Below, in pieces: positions 14,113 to 22,891 of a stretch of DNA of 29,351 nt. The first letter of the stretch is position 1. Every line of letters starts with the position of its first letter. This stretch comes from a virus. The DNA lies in IMG/VR virus record IMGVR_UViG_3300012352_000279, positions 1-29,351 of that record; one strand, 5' to 3'. Below the pieces are notes generated by a model. It was not told the DNA's origin, searched no databases, and was given only the letters and a program-made list of their open reading frames with translations. The position numbers and the translations under genes are program-made.

Positions 14113-16774
14113 ACGTAACTGTAATTATAAAGCTACGCGTGTAATCACTTGGTAAAACGTCGTTTTCAGACGTGCTACTTTTGTAAGTATTAATAAATAG
14201 GTTATCTCCCTCACAGTAATACTCTACAAAGTCTTTATCTAAAATTCCGTTCGTGTTTTCAATGCTATAAACTACATTCTCAAACGAATCAGTAATTCCG
14301 TAATCCTCAAGGCTAAAACCTGATAAAGCATATTCGCCTTTATCAATGTAACTTGGTGTGATATTAAATCCTAAAGTATTAATCAACTCCACAACCTCAG
14401 GCGCATTAGTTCCGCTTTGTGTTAGCTTAGCTACATATACCTCTTTGTTAAGTTGTGGCACACCGTTAATTACATTCGCTGTAATTGATTTTACGACACT
14501 TTCGCCATCGTTTGCAGTTTGTCCTATTTCTCCAGTTACAGAACCGCCACCGCTTACCACATTGTTGTTGTTAAAGAACTTGTCAATAACATCGCCTATT
14601 ACTTGAGTAGTTCCCGTGTAAGGTTGTTTAGGTTTTGTCTTGAATGGTGGTAAGTCTACTTCGTCGTCAATTGTTAAAAGTTCAACTTTCGTTAATTGGT
14701 TCGTGTTTGCGTTGTAGTCATTTATTGAATTAATAGACCACCAACTGTTATTAATACGTATTTTATCATTCAACTTTAGATTAGCTATGTCATTCGCTCT
14801 TAAATCAAAATAAGCGGTTAACATTTTACCTTTGTTAATTTGGTTTACTGTACGTCTCCAATAAATATTATAAAGGTTATTCGCTGTTAGGCTTAACGGA
14901 TTGTAAAAGTAATAGTCACACGTTGCGTAATTAATGTCAAATGTAGGTGTTAACGGATTGTCGAAGTGTGTAGCGTATGAATAGTGGTTATCTTCTACCG
15001 TACTACCTACGTAATTCTCAATGATATAATTAGCAGTAGAAGTAGTCAACTCCCCATCGTACAAAATACGTATGTTAGTGTTAGGACTTGCACCGCTCAA
15101 TGCAGGAACATAAGCACCAAAAGTGGTTTTTAAAATTGGTGTCGGACTAAATGTTAACTCTTTGCGCTCTTCGTCTTTGATGTATTCGTTGTCAAAAGTA
15201 AAAGATACTTGACCGTAAACCTCGTTAATCTGAGCAAAGTAAGTTTTATTAATATCGTCCGAATCCTGCTTATATGAAAGTGTTAATTTCTTTTTTGTTA
15301 ACTCAGGCAAGAATGTAATTGATTGCTCACGGTCTTTTGCGAGTTTCTTAGTCCAATCCTTAACCGCTCCGCTATCGTAGTAATTATCACGTGTGATTAG
15401 TATTAAGTTATTCGGGTTTGTTGGGTCAATGTCAACGTATAAATTGTACATATTGAATATCGACTTAATAAAATCCGATTGACGAATCTTTTTAGGTACG
15501 TAAAAATTGACGTCAACTGTTGAGTTGTATCCTGTAATATTGGAACTTGGTGTTAATGTAGCTTCGAATCCTGTAACATTCCAACCAATAGCAACGTTGT
15601 AAGAAGTACCCGAACGCTCAAACAAACCCGTAACACCACAACCTAAATCCAATTTGAATGTAATATCGTCCGTAGTTACTAAGTTGCTTAAATTGACAGT
15701 CGTTAAGATTGACGCTGTGTGTATTGTAGTTGTACCCGTTGCAAGTGTACCCGAATATGTGTAAGTATCTAAAACGATATTTTGTTGCAACACACCGTTT
15801 TTAAATACTTTTAAGCGTGTTTGGTAAATAGCTTGACCACTTTGCCCACCTTGAGTAACTATGTTTAAAATACCCCCACTTGAATTGGTTAGCTTTATAT
15901 TGTAAGTTATCGGAATAGACACCTCAATACTTTCGCCACTCCCTAAATTGAAAGGACTGTTATATACGCCTGTTGTTGGGTCGAATAAGTTATAGTTATC
16001 CTGTGTTTCAGTTACCCCAGTTAAAGGCTCTGACAATCCCGTAGACGCGTTAAAACTTGAATGAGTACCACTTACTGTAAATGCTTTATTGAATATTACG
16101 TTATAAGGACTAAAATCCGTTTTATTAACGTCTCCATTAAAAGGAATTAACAACCTTTCAAAGCGTTCGTTTGCTATTGTCGCCCATGAATAACTAAACC
16201 CAGCACGCGCGAAAATTCTATCGAAGTATTCCTTTGCAAAGATAGCAGGTTTAAACTCTTTTAGTGGGTAAGTGTTTAACGGTGCATACGGTAAAATGTA
16301 CTTATACTTATCCGTGTTTGAGAAGGTATTGATAACCTCATCGGCTGTGAGTAAGTGGTTAAAGTCGCTGAAGTCTAAATCAGTCAACTCAGAACTTCCC
16401 AACTTTGTAAAGAAATCACTTTGCGAATCCTTAACGATTACGCTGTATTCTACGTCCTGCTCAAAGTTGCTTGTAGATTGTAGTTTGTTTACCGCTATCA
16501 ATTGTAAGTAAGCATCTTCAACGATTGGAATTTCGTCTTGTAATACCGTGCAACGTGTTAATGCATTTATGTTAAACGTACCTGTTTGAATGTTAATGTC
16601 GTATAAATGACCTAACAATTGATTGTTGTTGTCGTCCCCTACTAAAGTAATCGTTTTTGAAAATGTACCTTTTCGCGTACTTACATCACGAATATCGGAA
16701 ACCTTAAACGTAATTGGAAAGTTTGACGTGTCCTTTACATTTAGGTATCCGTTTTCTATTTGTATCTTAACCAT
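14102..16774 (-). CDS. large tail/baseplate structural protein (890 aa)
   Basis: Largest ORF. N/T/S/Y-rich, beta-type composition. Adjacent to the tape measure gene. No catalytic motif recognised. Confidence 0.45.
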   Translation of the reverse strand: MVKIQIENGYLNVKDTSNFPITFKVSDIRDVSTRKGTFSKTITLVGDDNNNQLLGHLYDINIQTGTFNINALTRCTVLQDEIPIVEDAYLQLIAVNKLQSTSNFEQDVEYSVIVKDSQSDFFTKLGSSELTDLDFSDFNHLLTADEVINTFSNTDKYKYILPYAPLNTYPLKEFKPAIFAKEYFDRIFARAGFSYSWATIANERFERLLIPFNGDVNKTDFSPYNVIFNKAFTVSGTHSSFNASTGLSEPLTGVTETQDNYNLFDPTTGVYNSPFNLGSGESIEVSIPITYNIKLTNSSGGILNIVTQGGQSGQAIYQTRLKVFKNGVLQQNIVLDTYTYSGTLATGTTTIHTASILTTVNLSNLVTTDDITFKLDLGCGVTGLFERSGTSYNVAIGWNVTGFEATLTPSSNITGYNSTVDVNFYVPKKIRQSDFIKSIFNMYNLYVDIDPTNPNNLILITRDNYYDSGAVKDWTKKLAKDREQSITFLPELTKKKLTLSYKQDSDDINKTYFAQINEVYGQVSFTFDNEYIKDEERKELTFSPTPILKTTFGAYVPALSGASPNTNIRILYDGELTTSTANYIIENYVGSTVEDNHYSYATHFDNPLTPTFDINYATCDYYFYNPLSLTANNLYNIYWRRTVNQINKGKMLTAYFDLRANDIANLKLNDKIRINNSWWSINSINDYNANTNQLTKVELLTIDDEVDLPPFKTKPKQPYTGTTQVIGDVIDKFFNNNNVVSGGGSVTGEIGQTANDGESVVKSITANVINGVPQLNKEVYVAKLTQSGTNAPEVVELINTLGFNITPSYIDKGEYALSGFSLEDYGITDSFENVVYSIENTNGILDKDFVEYYCEGDNLFINTYKSSTSENDVLPSDYTRSFIITVTLYI

Positions 16775-18257
16775 TGATTGCGTTTTGATTTGCTAATTTA
16801 ACAGTTAGCTTTTGCTTAATAAGGTTCTTATTCTTTTGTTTAAAGACTTCGAATGAATTATCTTGTACTAAACAAGCAAAGTATTGACCGTTTACTTTTA
16901 AGTACGTCTGAGGGCTTGTAATTAGTTCCTCGAAATAGATAGCCATTGCCTCGCTCATGTAGTTAGTATTGAGTTCGATTGTCTTTTCAACTTTCGTGTT
17001 TAAATAGGTCATTCCAAAGTCGCTTGTTTCATATCCCCATTTACCGTCTGTGACTGCTCCTTGAATGTCACGGTTATAACTGTCACGTGTGACGTTGCCT
17101 TTGTCGTATGCTCTCAACTGAAAAGCAAAAGAACTAAACGACCCCATGCGGTCTAAGAACAAAATCTCGTAATCTTCAATCTTACAACGTCTATCGATAC
17201 AAACATTGTAAACCTCGCTGTATTCAGTTACTAAGTCGTTGTTAACAAATTGGAATGTGTACCATTCTGTATCGTCTTTGATTAGTCCTGCCGTTCCTGA
17301 AATTACTGTACTCGGATTTGCTGAAGCTCCTACGTTAACCATGCTTGTAACATCGTCATTTGTTAGGTTGTAAACCAACTCATCTCCGTTGCTATTTACA
17401 AATAGAATCGAACCGTTTGTAATGTAGTTATTTGCCAAAGATAAATACAAGTCCTGAGTTGGCGTGATACAGAAACCGTCTAAAGGTTGGTTTGTTAAGA
17501 ACTTAACCGTACTTGTGAGAACTGAATCCAAACATTGTAACGCTTCAAATGTGCCACCGTCTGCGATTACTCTGTCGTAAAACTCCAAATTAAATTGATT
17601 GCTCAAATAATTGTAACTTGAATACGTTGTAAAGTCTGCGAAACTTTGCGCACCATTAAACACTACCATGTCATCGAGTGTGATAATGTCAGTGTCAACC
17701 GTCTTTTGGTTGTTTGCATATCTTACCGTCCCATCAATTGACGTACTTGTCACATCTGAATAAGCTGAATTAACAATGATATAGCCTGAGCCTTGACCTA
17801 TTACAGTAAAATAGCCTTGTAGGTTTGGATTTGCTACCCCCCCATCTGCTTGGTCAATATAAACTTGGTCGCCTATAACAAACGGATTTGTAAACGTAAT
17901 TTTTACGTTACCGCTGTCAGACGTTAAACTACTCGTGTAAGCGTAGCTCTCGACGTACTCTTCGCCTACCTTTAGAAAGTATTTAAAGTTCGTGTTTAAA
18001 GCAGTCCCGAAGTTAGGAAACAAAGGATTGAAATCGTTTGTAACGTAAGATTGTAAAATACGCGATAGGTCAATGTTACCGTATCCGTTTGGATAGTCAG
18101 GCAACACTTTAAATTCTCCTATTTTTGCGCTTGTCGTTGCATTGTAAAGCGTGAATATATACTTAAATCCGTCTTTGTTTTTGTTAGTCGAATCGTATAT
18201 AAAACGCAATTGGTTAAATGCAGGACTAAAACTGTATGGAACTGCTATGGTATTCAT
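16767..18257 (-). CDS. tail structural protein (496 aa)
   Basis: ORF track. Lies in the fibre/baseplate block. 8-nt overlap with the downstream gene. Confidence 0.4.
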   Translation of the reverse strand: MNTIAVPYSFSPAFNQLRFIYDSTNKNKDGFKYIFTLYNATTSAKIGEFKVLPDYPNGYGNIDLSRILQSYVTNDFNPLFPNFGTALNTNFKYFLKVGEEYVESYAYTSSLTSDSGNVKITFTNPFVIGDQVYIDQADGGVANPNLQGYFTVIGQGSGYIIVNSAYSDVTSTSIDGTVRYANNQKTVDTDIITLDDMVVFNGAQSFADFTTYSSYNYLSNQFNLEFYDRVIADGGTFEALQCLDSVLTSTVKFLTNQPLDGFCITPTQDLYLSLANNYITNGSILFVNSNGDELVYNLTNDDVTSMVNVGASANPSTVISGTAGLIKDDTEWYTFQFVNNDLVTEYSEVYNVCIDRRCKIEDYEILFLDRMGSFSSFAFQLRAYDKGNVTRDSYNRDIQGAVTDGKWGYETSDFGMTYLNTKVEKTIELNTNYMSEAMAIYFEELITSPQTYLKVNGQYFACLVQDNSFEVFKQKNKNLIKQKLTVKLANQNAING

Positions 18258-18550
18258 GCGAATAAGTGTTTCGGATTGTTTGGTGTTATTGCGTTATCGA
18301 ACTCAATCTCTAAGTCAGTCATAACGTCAACGTGGTAGCCTTTCAAGTACGTAGCCTCTTTGATTACTTTCATGTCCTCAACTACTGCGGGAGTGTCTAC
18401 TATTTTACCTATGTAAACTACTGCGTGAGTACTTTGTGCGTACGTGTTAATCTCGTTACCCTCTTTATCAGTTGTGTTAATCAAAACGCCTTTAGATAAT
18501 AAATCAGTAATTGCGCTATCGTGGTCGGTGTATATTAGTTTGTAAATCAT
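18254..18550 (-). CDS. hypothetical protein (98 aa) in the tail-fibre block
   Basis: ORF track. ATGA overlaps at both ends. Confidence 0.55.
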   Translation of the reverse strand: MIYKLIYTDHDSAITDLLSKGVLINTTDKEGNEINTYAQSTHAVVYIGKIVDTPAVVEDMKVIKEATYLKGYHVDVMTDLEIEFDNAITPNNPKHLFA

Positions 18551-19779
18551 ATCGTAGTAAGTTGTGCTAGTTGTGTGTTAGTTAATCGTGTTTTCCAAAG
18601 GGAAGCGGAGTTAATTGGACTGACAATAGTTTGAGCCCCATTTGTAAATACATCAAAACCCAATCTACTTAAAGTTCCGCTTATTGTTGTTGTGCTTGTT
18701 GAACCTGCACTTGTTCCATTTATATACAAAACAACATCATTATTTTTATAAGCCAATGCAATTTTATATCTAGTTCCTGTTGTGTATGTAGTTGAACCAA
18801 TATTAAACTCTGTACTTCCTGCAAAAACACCAATTGCTCTAATAACTCCTGAACTTGCTAATCTTATAAATGCTCTATTGTTTGTTGTTCCGTCACTAAT
18901 ACTAAAATCTTGTTCATCTGCACTATTTAATTGGGCTTTAACATCTAAAAACAAAGTCCCCTCAGTTTGTCCTATCAAAGAACTAATACCCGTCTTACTA
19001 ATTACATCTGCGTTACGTGTTACACTTGCAGAAGTTGTAGGTATGTAAGAGGTAGCGTAAGAACCCGCTTCGAGTTGTGCGCCCCAGAAATATGCGCTTA
19101 ATGCACCCGTGCCATCATAGTTAGCACCATTTGAAGTGCCTTGTATTGCAACCGAAGCATAAACACCAACACTTGAAGCTGTTTTAGTCATTGTTAATTT
19201 ATACCAACCATTACCAGCATTTTCAGCTTTAAAAGAAACAGGGCTTCCGAAAGTGTGTGTTGTTGCCCATGTGTTAGTATTAACTACATATCCGTGAAAA
19301 TCTATATCGTAATAACCAAAAGATATGTAATTAGCTGTATTTTTTTTAACATAAACACTAAAAGCCAAACCAATAAGTCCACTAAACACAACTTTTTCAG
19401 TATAACTATTACTATTTGTAAATGTGCTATCCGCTATTAAATCTGCTGTTGTTGTTCCATCAGGTGCGGTTGTAGCGTTTCCTGTTATTGTTGCTCTTGT
19501 TTTTAACCAACTTGCATTTGTAAAATCTTCACTATATGTAAAAAGATTAGTTCTTTGTGGCTCAACTAATATACTCGGACAACTTCCGTTTGTGTAGTCT
19601 AAACGTGGTACGTTACTTGCTACGCTTTCAATTAATCCCGATGAATTAACTCTTGTTGCTGTGGTTGCTCTTGTTACGTCTAAGTCGCCCGCTCCGTCAC
19701 TTGGAACAACCGAATACAACTTACTAGCTTTCGTTCCGTTTGGTGTTACAACTAAAGACGCTGTATCTAATAAACTCAT
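18547..19779 (-). CDS. tail fibre / receptor-binding-like protein with a LamG-type C-terminal domain
   Basis: The N-terminal LDVTRATTATRVNSSGLIESVASNVPRLDY...CPSILVEPQRTNL resembles phage fibre N-termini. The C-terminal RYKIALAYKNNDVVLYINGTSAGS resembles a concanavalin/LamG jelly roll. Confidence 0.45.
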   Translation of the reverse strand: MSLLDTASLVVTPNGTKASKLYSVVPSDGAGDLDVTRATTATRVNSSGLIESVASNVPRLDYTNGSCPSILVEPQRTNLFTYSEDFTNASWLKTRATITGNATTAPDGTTTADLIADSTFTNSNSYTEKVVFSGLIGLAFSVYVKKNTANYISFGYYDIDFHGYVVNTNTWATTHTFGSPVSFKAENAGNGWYKLTMTKTASSVGVYASVAIQGTSNGANYDGTGALSAYFWGAQLEAGSYATSYIPTTSASVTRNADVISKTGISSLIGQTEGTLFLDVKAQLNSADEQDFSISDGTTNNRAFIRLASSGVIRAIGVFAGSTEFNIGSTTYTTGTRYKIALAYKNNDVVLYINGTSAGSTSTTTISGTLSRLGFDVFTNGAQTIVSPINSASLWKTRLTNTQLAQLTTI

Positions 19780-20144
19780 ATTTCTAAATTATTTAATGTT
19801 TGTACTAAGCAATTTTCAGCTTCAATCGTTCCGCTATCTGTTGCTATTCGTGTTTTAAAAGTGTTAATCAATGTCATCGTTGCGCCAATCTCAGACGCTA
19901 AAGCCTCAATCCAAGAACCGTTTACAGTACCGGTAGCACCAAAGTCCTCAGCTAAAGCCTGTATAAAACTTTCGCCCAAGTCTACGTTGGCATCGAAGTA
20001 AGTACACAACGCTTGTTGATAGTTTCCGTTTTCAGCTACAATGCCAAAGTGACCCGCTATCGTTTGCCACCAATCGCCATTCGTAGTCGTTTCTCCTAAC
20101 ACGTTTGCAATTTCTTGCACCCAATTTTTAAAAGTGTTTTCCAT
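19776..20144 (-). CDS. repeat-containing fibre-associated protein (122 aa)
   Basis: About five tandem ~17-aa repeats of the form (W/F)x(Q/E)x(I/L)Axxx(G)xxxxNG(D/S/N). First gene after a late-type element. Confidence 0.5.
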   Translation of the reverse strand: MENTFKNWVQEIANVLGETTTNGDWWQTIAGHFGIVAENGNYQQALCTYFDANVDLGESFIQALAEDFGATGTVNGSWIEALASEIGATMTLINTFKTRIATDSGTIEAENCLVQTLNNLEI

Positions 20145-20176
20145 ACTTATAATGTGTTCAAATTTTGTTTAGTTCA
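20145..20176 (-). promoter_or_regulatory. late-type bipartite element TGAAC-N16-ACATTATAAGT abutting ATG 20144
   Basis: Minus strand, directly after the TerL TAA: TGAAC TAAACAAAATTTGAAC ACATTATAAGT ATG. Confidence 0.45.
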
Positions 20177-21325
20177 TTAGAAACTGAAATACGAATTATC
20201 CGTGTAGTATTGTTCTTTAACAAAGCGTGTAGCGTACCTAATAGCGTCCATCGCGTCATCGAACATCTTAACAGGCTCATCGATTATATTGTCGCCTACC
20301 TTTTTCCATTTGTAGTTATCGTATTCTCGCTTCATATTCGGGTCGTTCTTACAATAGATTCCGAATGTCTTAACGTCATCGATTCCCTTTTTAACTTCCT
20401 TGTTCGCGTTGTTTACGTTGTATCCTGCTACCTGAAGTTCTGCTATTATTTCGGGACGTGAGTAATCGGCAAGTATATCCGTGTTTTGGTCTATACCTAA
20501 GTCCTGCATTTTCTGAATCAGCAACGAAGTAGTAAGGTAACTCTCGTATATAATCGGTTCGATGTACAAGTCTTTTTCATTGTGCCAAACTTTCACTAAA
20601 GCGGTCGGGTGATTATAACCAAAGTCAAGCCCATACACAAACGATTGAAAGCGCAAAGGTCTTTCGTCTATAAATGTCCAATTGCTATAAATATTCTGTT
20701 TGCTTATCGCTCGTTCACCTAAAGCGTAGATTTGATATAATGCCTCATCTGTTCTTTTTAAGTCCTCTATTTGGCGTTTAATAGATTCGGGTAAAAACGG
20801 ATTGTCTTTGTACGTGGATTTGATTATAGTCGTTTCGTCTTTTGGTAGTTCGTATAACCAACTCGCACTATCTGACGGGTTGTAGTCAAATATCATTTTT
20901 GATTCAGTACGCATATTCAACTGTTGGAAATCTTCAAACCATAACTCATTTGCTTCATTACACCAGCCTAAGTCACGTTTCCGCCCTCTAATCTTTTGCT
21001 CGTCATCAACACTAAAGAACTCTACTATTGAACCATTCGGAAACTTGTATATGTTTTCGCTCATGTTATGACTTGACTTGTCGTAGATTTCTAAGTCTTT
21101 CATGATTTCGAAAAAGTCTCTCATAACCGTAGCACGTAAAGCAGGAAACGTCTTTCTAACGATTGACACTACCTTATTTGGATTCTGCAAACACCATACT
21201 ATAATTAACTGACAAAGGGAATACGTCTTACTTGACCTACTCCCTCCCTGATTAACTACAAACCGATTCTCGCTGTTTAAGGCTTCCCAGTTCTTTTGGA
21301 ATATCTTAGTCGATTTGATTTTCAT
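20177..21325 (-). CDS. terL: terminase large subunit (PBSX/XtmB-like)
   Basis: Walker A-like NQGGSRSSKTYS. The nuclease part carries GLDFGYNHPTA and DDAMDAIRYATRF, typical of Terminase_3-type large subunits. Confidence 0.8.
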   Translation of the reverse strand: MKIKSTKIFQKNWEALNSENRFVVNQGGSRSSKTYSLCQLIIVWCLQNPNKVVSIVRKTFPALRATVMRDFFEIMKDLEIYDKSSHNMSENIYKFPNGSIVEFFSVDDEQKIRGRKRDLGWCNEANELWFEDFQQLNMRTESKMIFDYNPSDSASWLYELPKDETTIIKSTYKDNPFLPESIKRQIEDLKRTDEALYQIYALGERAISKQNIYSNWTFIDERPLRFQSFVYGLDFGYNHPTALVKVWHNEKDLYIEPIIYESYLTTSLLIQKMQDLGIDQNTDILADYSRPEIIAELQVAGYNVNNANKEVKKGIDDVKTFGIYCKNDPNMKREYDNYKWKKVGDNIIDEPVKMFDDAMDAIRYATRFVKEQYYTDNSYFSF

Positions 21326-21725
21326 TCGTTACTATCTGAATTTCGATTTTGCTTATGTCTTTGCCATTCGTTGTTACATCTGTTTTCTCAGTAAGTCCGT
21401 TTAAGCGTTGTGTAATGCTTGGGTTAAACTGTCCTACCATACCACCCTCGATTTGGTCTTGACGTATTTCTTTCTTTATACGTAAGCAGATAGCGCAATA
21501 TTCCTCATAAGCCCCGTTTGTATTTCTGAAATAATGGTCAAGTGTTACACCTTTACTGAAGCCGAAAACTTCAAAACCCTCTAAAGTCAATGGGGGTTTA
21601 TGGAACTCAGACTTAACTCCTGTGGCTGTTGCCTTTTGTATTTCACGTGGTTTTAAGTTCTTCTTATACTCTTCGAATAGTTCGAATAGTTTCTCGGGTG
21701 TTTCTATGTATTTATGCTTTGCCAT
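21306..21725 (-). CDS. terS: terminase small subunit (gp3-type)
   Basis: PPLTLEGFEVFGFSKGVTLDHYF and IEGGMVGQFNPSITQ resemble small terminase/DNA-packaging gp3 proteins. Overlaps terL by 20 nt. Confidence 0.55.
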   Translation of the reverse strand: MAKHKYIETPEKLFELFEEYKKNLKPREIQKATATGVKSEFHKPPLTLEGFEVFGFSKGVTLDHYFRNTNGAYEEYCAICLRIKKEIRQDQIEGGMVGQFNPSITQRLNGLTEKTDVTTNGKDISKIEIQIVTNENQID

Positions 21726-21736
21726 TGTTCGTGTTT

Positions 21737-21913
21737 TTATAGTGCGTAATGTGTTAGAAATTCGTCTTCGCTTATCATGTCAATTGATATGCTATTGTGG
21801 TCGTCAGGAAAGTTATAAATAACGAAATGTGTCTCGCTATCTTTTAGCATAGTCATTATTTCGTATGCTCTTTTCTGCATATTCTTACCGTAGCAAATTA
21901 AAAAGTAAGTCAT
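21737..21913 (-). CDS. hypothetical protein (58 aa)
   Basis: Below the track cut-off. My translation: MTYFLICYGKNMQKRAYEIMTMLKDSETHFVIYNFPDDHNSISIDMISEDEFLTHYAL. ATGA overlap with the upstream stop (21910-21913). Confidence 0.4.
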   Translation of the reverse strand: MTYFLICYGKNMQKRAYEIMTMLKDSETHFVIYNFPDDHNSISIDMISEDEFLTHYAL

Positions 21914-22137
21914 TCCTCTTCTTGTTGTGGTTTTGCTTTTCTTGTTCGTGTTTTTTTAGGCTTTTCCTCTTCAATCCCTACAAATTTTGTAGTTTCAAAG
22001 ATATGACCGAACCCCATTGCACGTAAATAGTTGTGTTGACTTGGCTTTACCTTATCAATTTCGATTCTGACTTCACCTAAAATGCTATCGTATTTAGAAA
22101 TTACTTTTCCGTAGTATTCCGCTTTAATTTTGCTCAT
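21910..22137 (-). CDS. hypothetical protein (75 aa) with a basic C-terminal tail
   Basis: ORF track. C-terminus is KPKKTRTRKAKPQQEEE. Confidence 0.55.
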   Translation of the reverse strand: MSKIKAEYYGKVISKYDSILGEVRIEIDKVKPSQHNYLRAMGFGHIFETTKFVGIEEEKPKKTRTRKAKPQQEEE

Positions 22138-22155
22138 CTCTTTTTCTTTAAAATG

Positions 22156-22704
22156 TTAATTTTTCAACAATTGTTCAAGCTCCCGAAGTTCCTTTTTGAT
22201 TTCTGTTATCATTCCGTGTGCTGTTCCTACGCTAATATCGAAGTGACTTGCTAATTCTCTTATTGTGTATGCTTTTTCTTTCTGTTTTGACAACCTTAGA
22301 AACGTATCGAAGTACACTCGCTTTACTTTATCGGTTAAGCTATCTCTGTATATGTCTAATATAGCTTTGTAACGGTTTATGTTTAGCTCAATTATTATTG
22401 CGTTCGTGTTTTCGTCGTCTACTATTTCAGCTATGTAGTCATTTTCTACGCTTGTTATTATTTCTAACTTGCTTTTTGACTGCCATAGTAACTCACATTT
22501 GATTAAATGACTAAAATAATACTTGACCTCATGGTCTAAAGTTGGTGTTTTTCCTTTGATGTCGTGTTCAATATACGAAAGGTAGGCATTGTTAATGACA
22601 GTATCGCAGTCAAGGTTGGATTTTAGTCTACTCAGAAAGTAATGCGTATATCTGCTTACTTCGTTGTAGTTTTCTGTGAGTAGTTTATCGAGGATAGCTT
22701 TCAT
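22156..22704 (-). CDS. sigma-70-family (ECF-like) factor / late transcription regulator candidate
   Basis: 182 aa. The C-terminal LTDKVKRVYFDTFL...YTIRELASHFDISVGTAHGMITEIKKELRE matches the sigma region 4.2 HTH layout. The size and N-terminal helical part are compatible with region 2. Confidence 0.45.
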   Translation of the reverse strand: MKAILDKLLTENYNEVSRYTHYFLSRLKSNLDCDTVINNAYLSYIEHDIKGKTPTLDHEVKYYFSHLIKCELLWQSKSKLEIITSVENDYIAEIVDDENTNAIIIELNINRYKAILDIYRDSLTDKVKRVYFDTFLRLSKQKEKAYTIRELASHFDISVGTAHGMITEIKKELRELEQLLKN

Positions 22705-22891
22705 ACCAATTGAAAAAATCTTTTAGATATTGCTTTCTCACTACTCCTGAGCAAAAGCATTTAGTAAAGTTCTCGTTTGTAATCCGTTCTTTTATCGTTT
22801 TTAGCTTGTTTAAGACACTTTTACTCTCTTGAACGTGCTGTGTTTCCAAACGGATACTCTCAATGTATTCTATGTCAATTTCTGTAAGCAT
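22685..22891 (-). CDS. hypothetical protein (68 aa from ATG 22891; the track ORF extends to 22978)
   Basis: The internal start MLTEIDIEYIES... avoids a 109-nt overlap with the upstream membrane-protein gene. Confidence 0.45.
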   Translation of the reverse strand: MLTEIDIEYIESIRLETQHVQESKSVLNKLKTIKERITNENFTKCFCSGVVRKQYLKDFFNWYESYPR

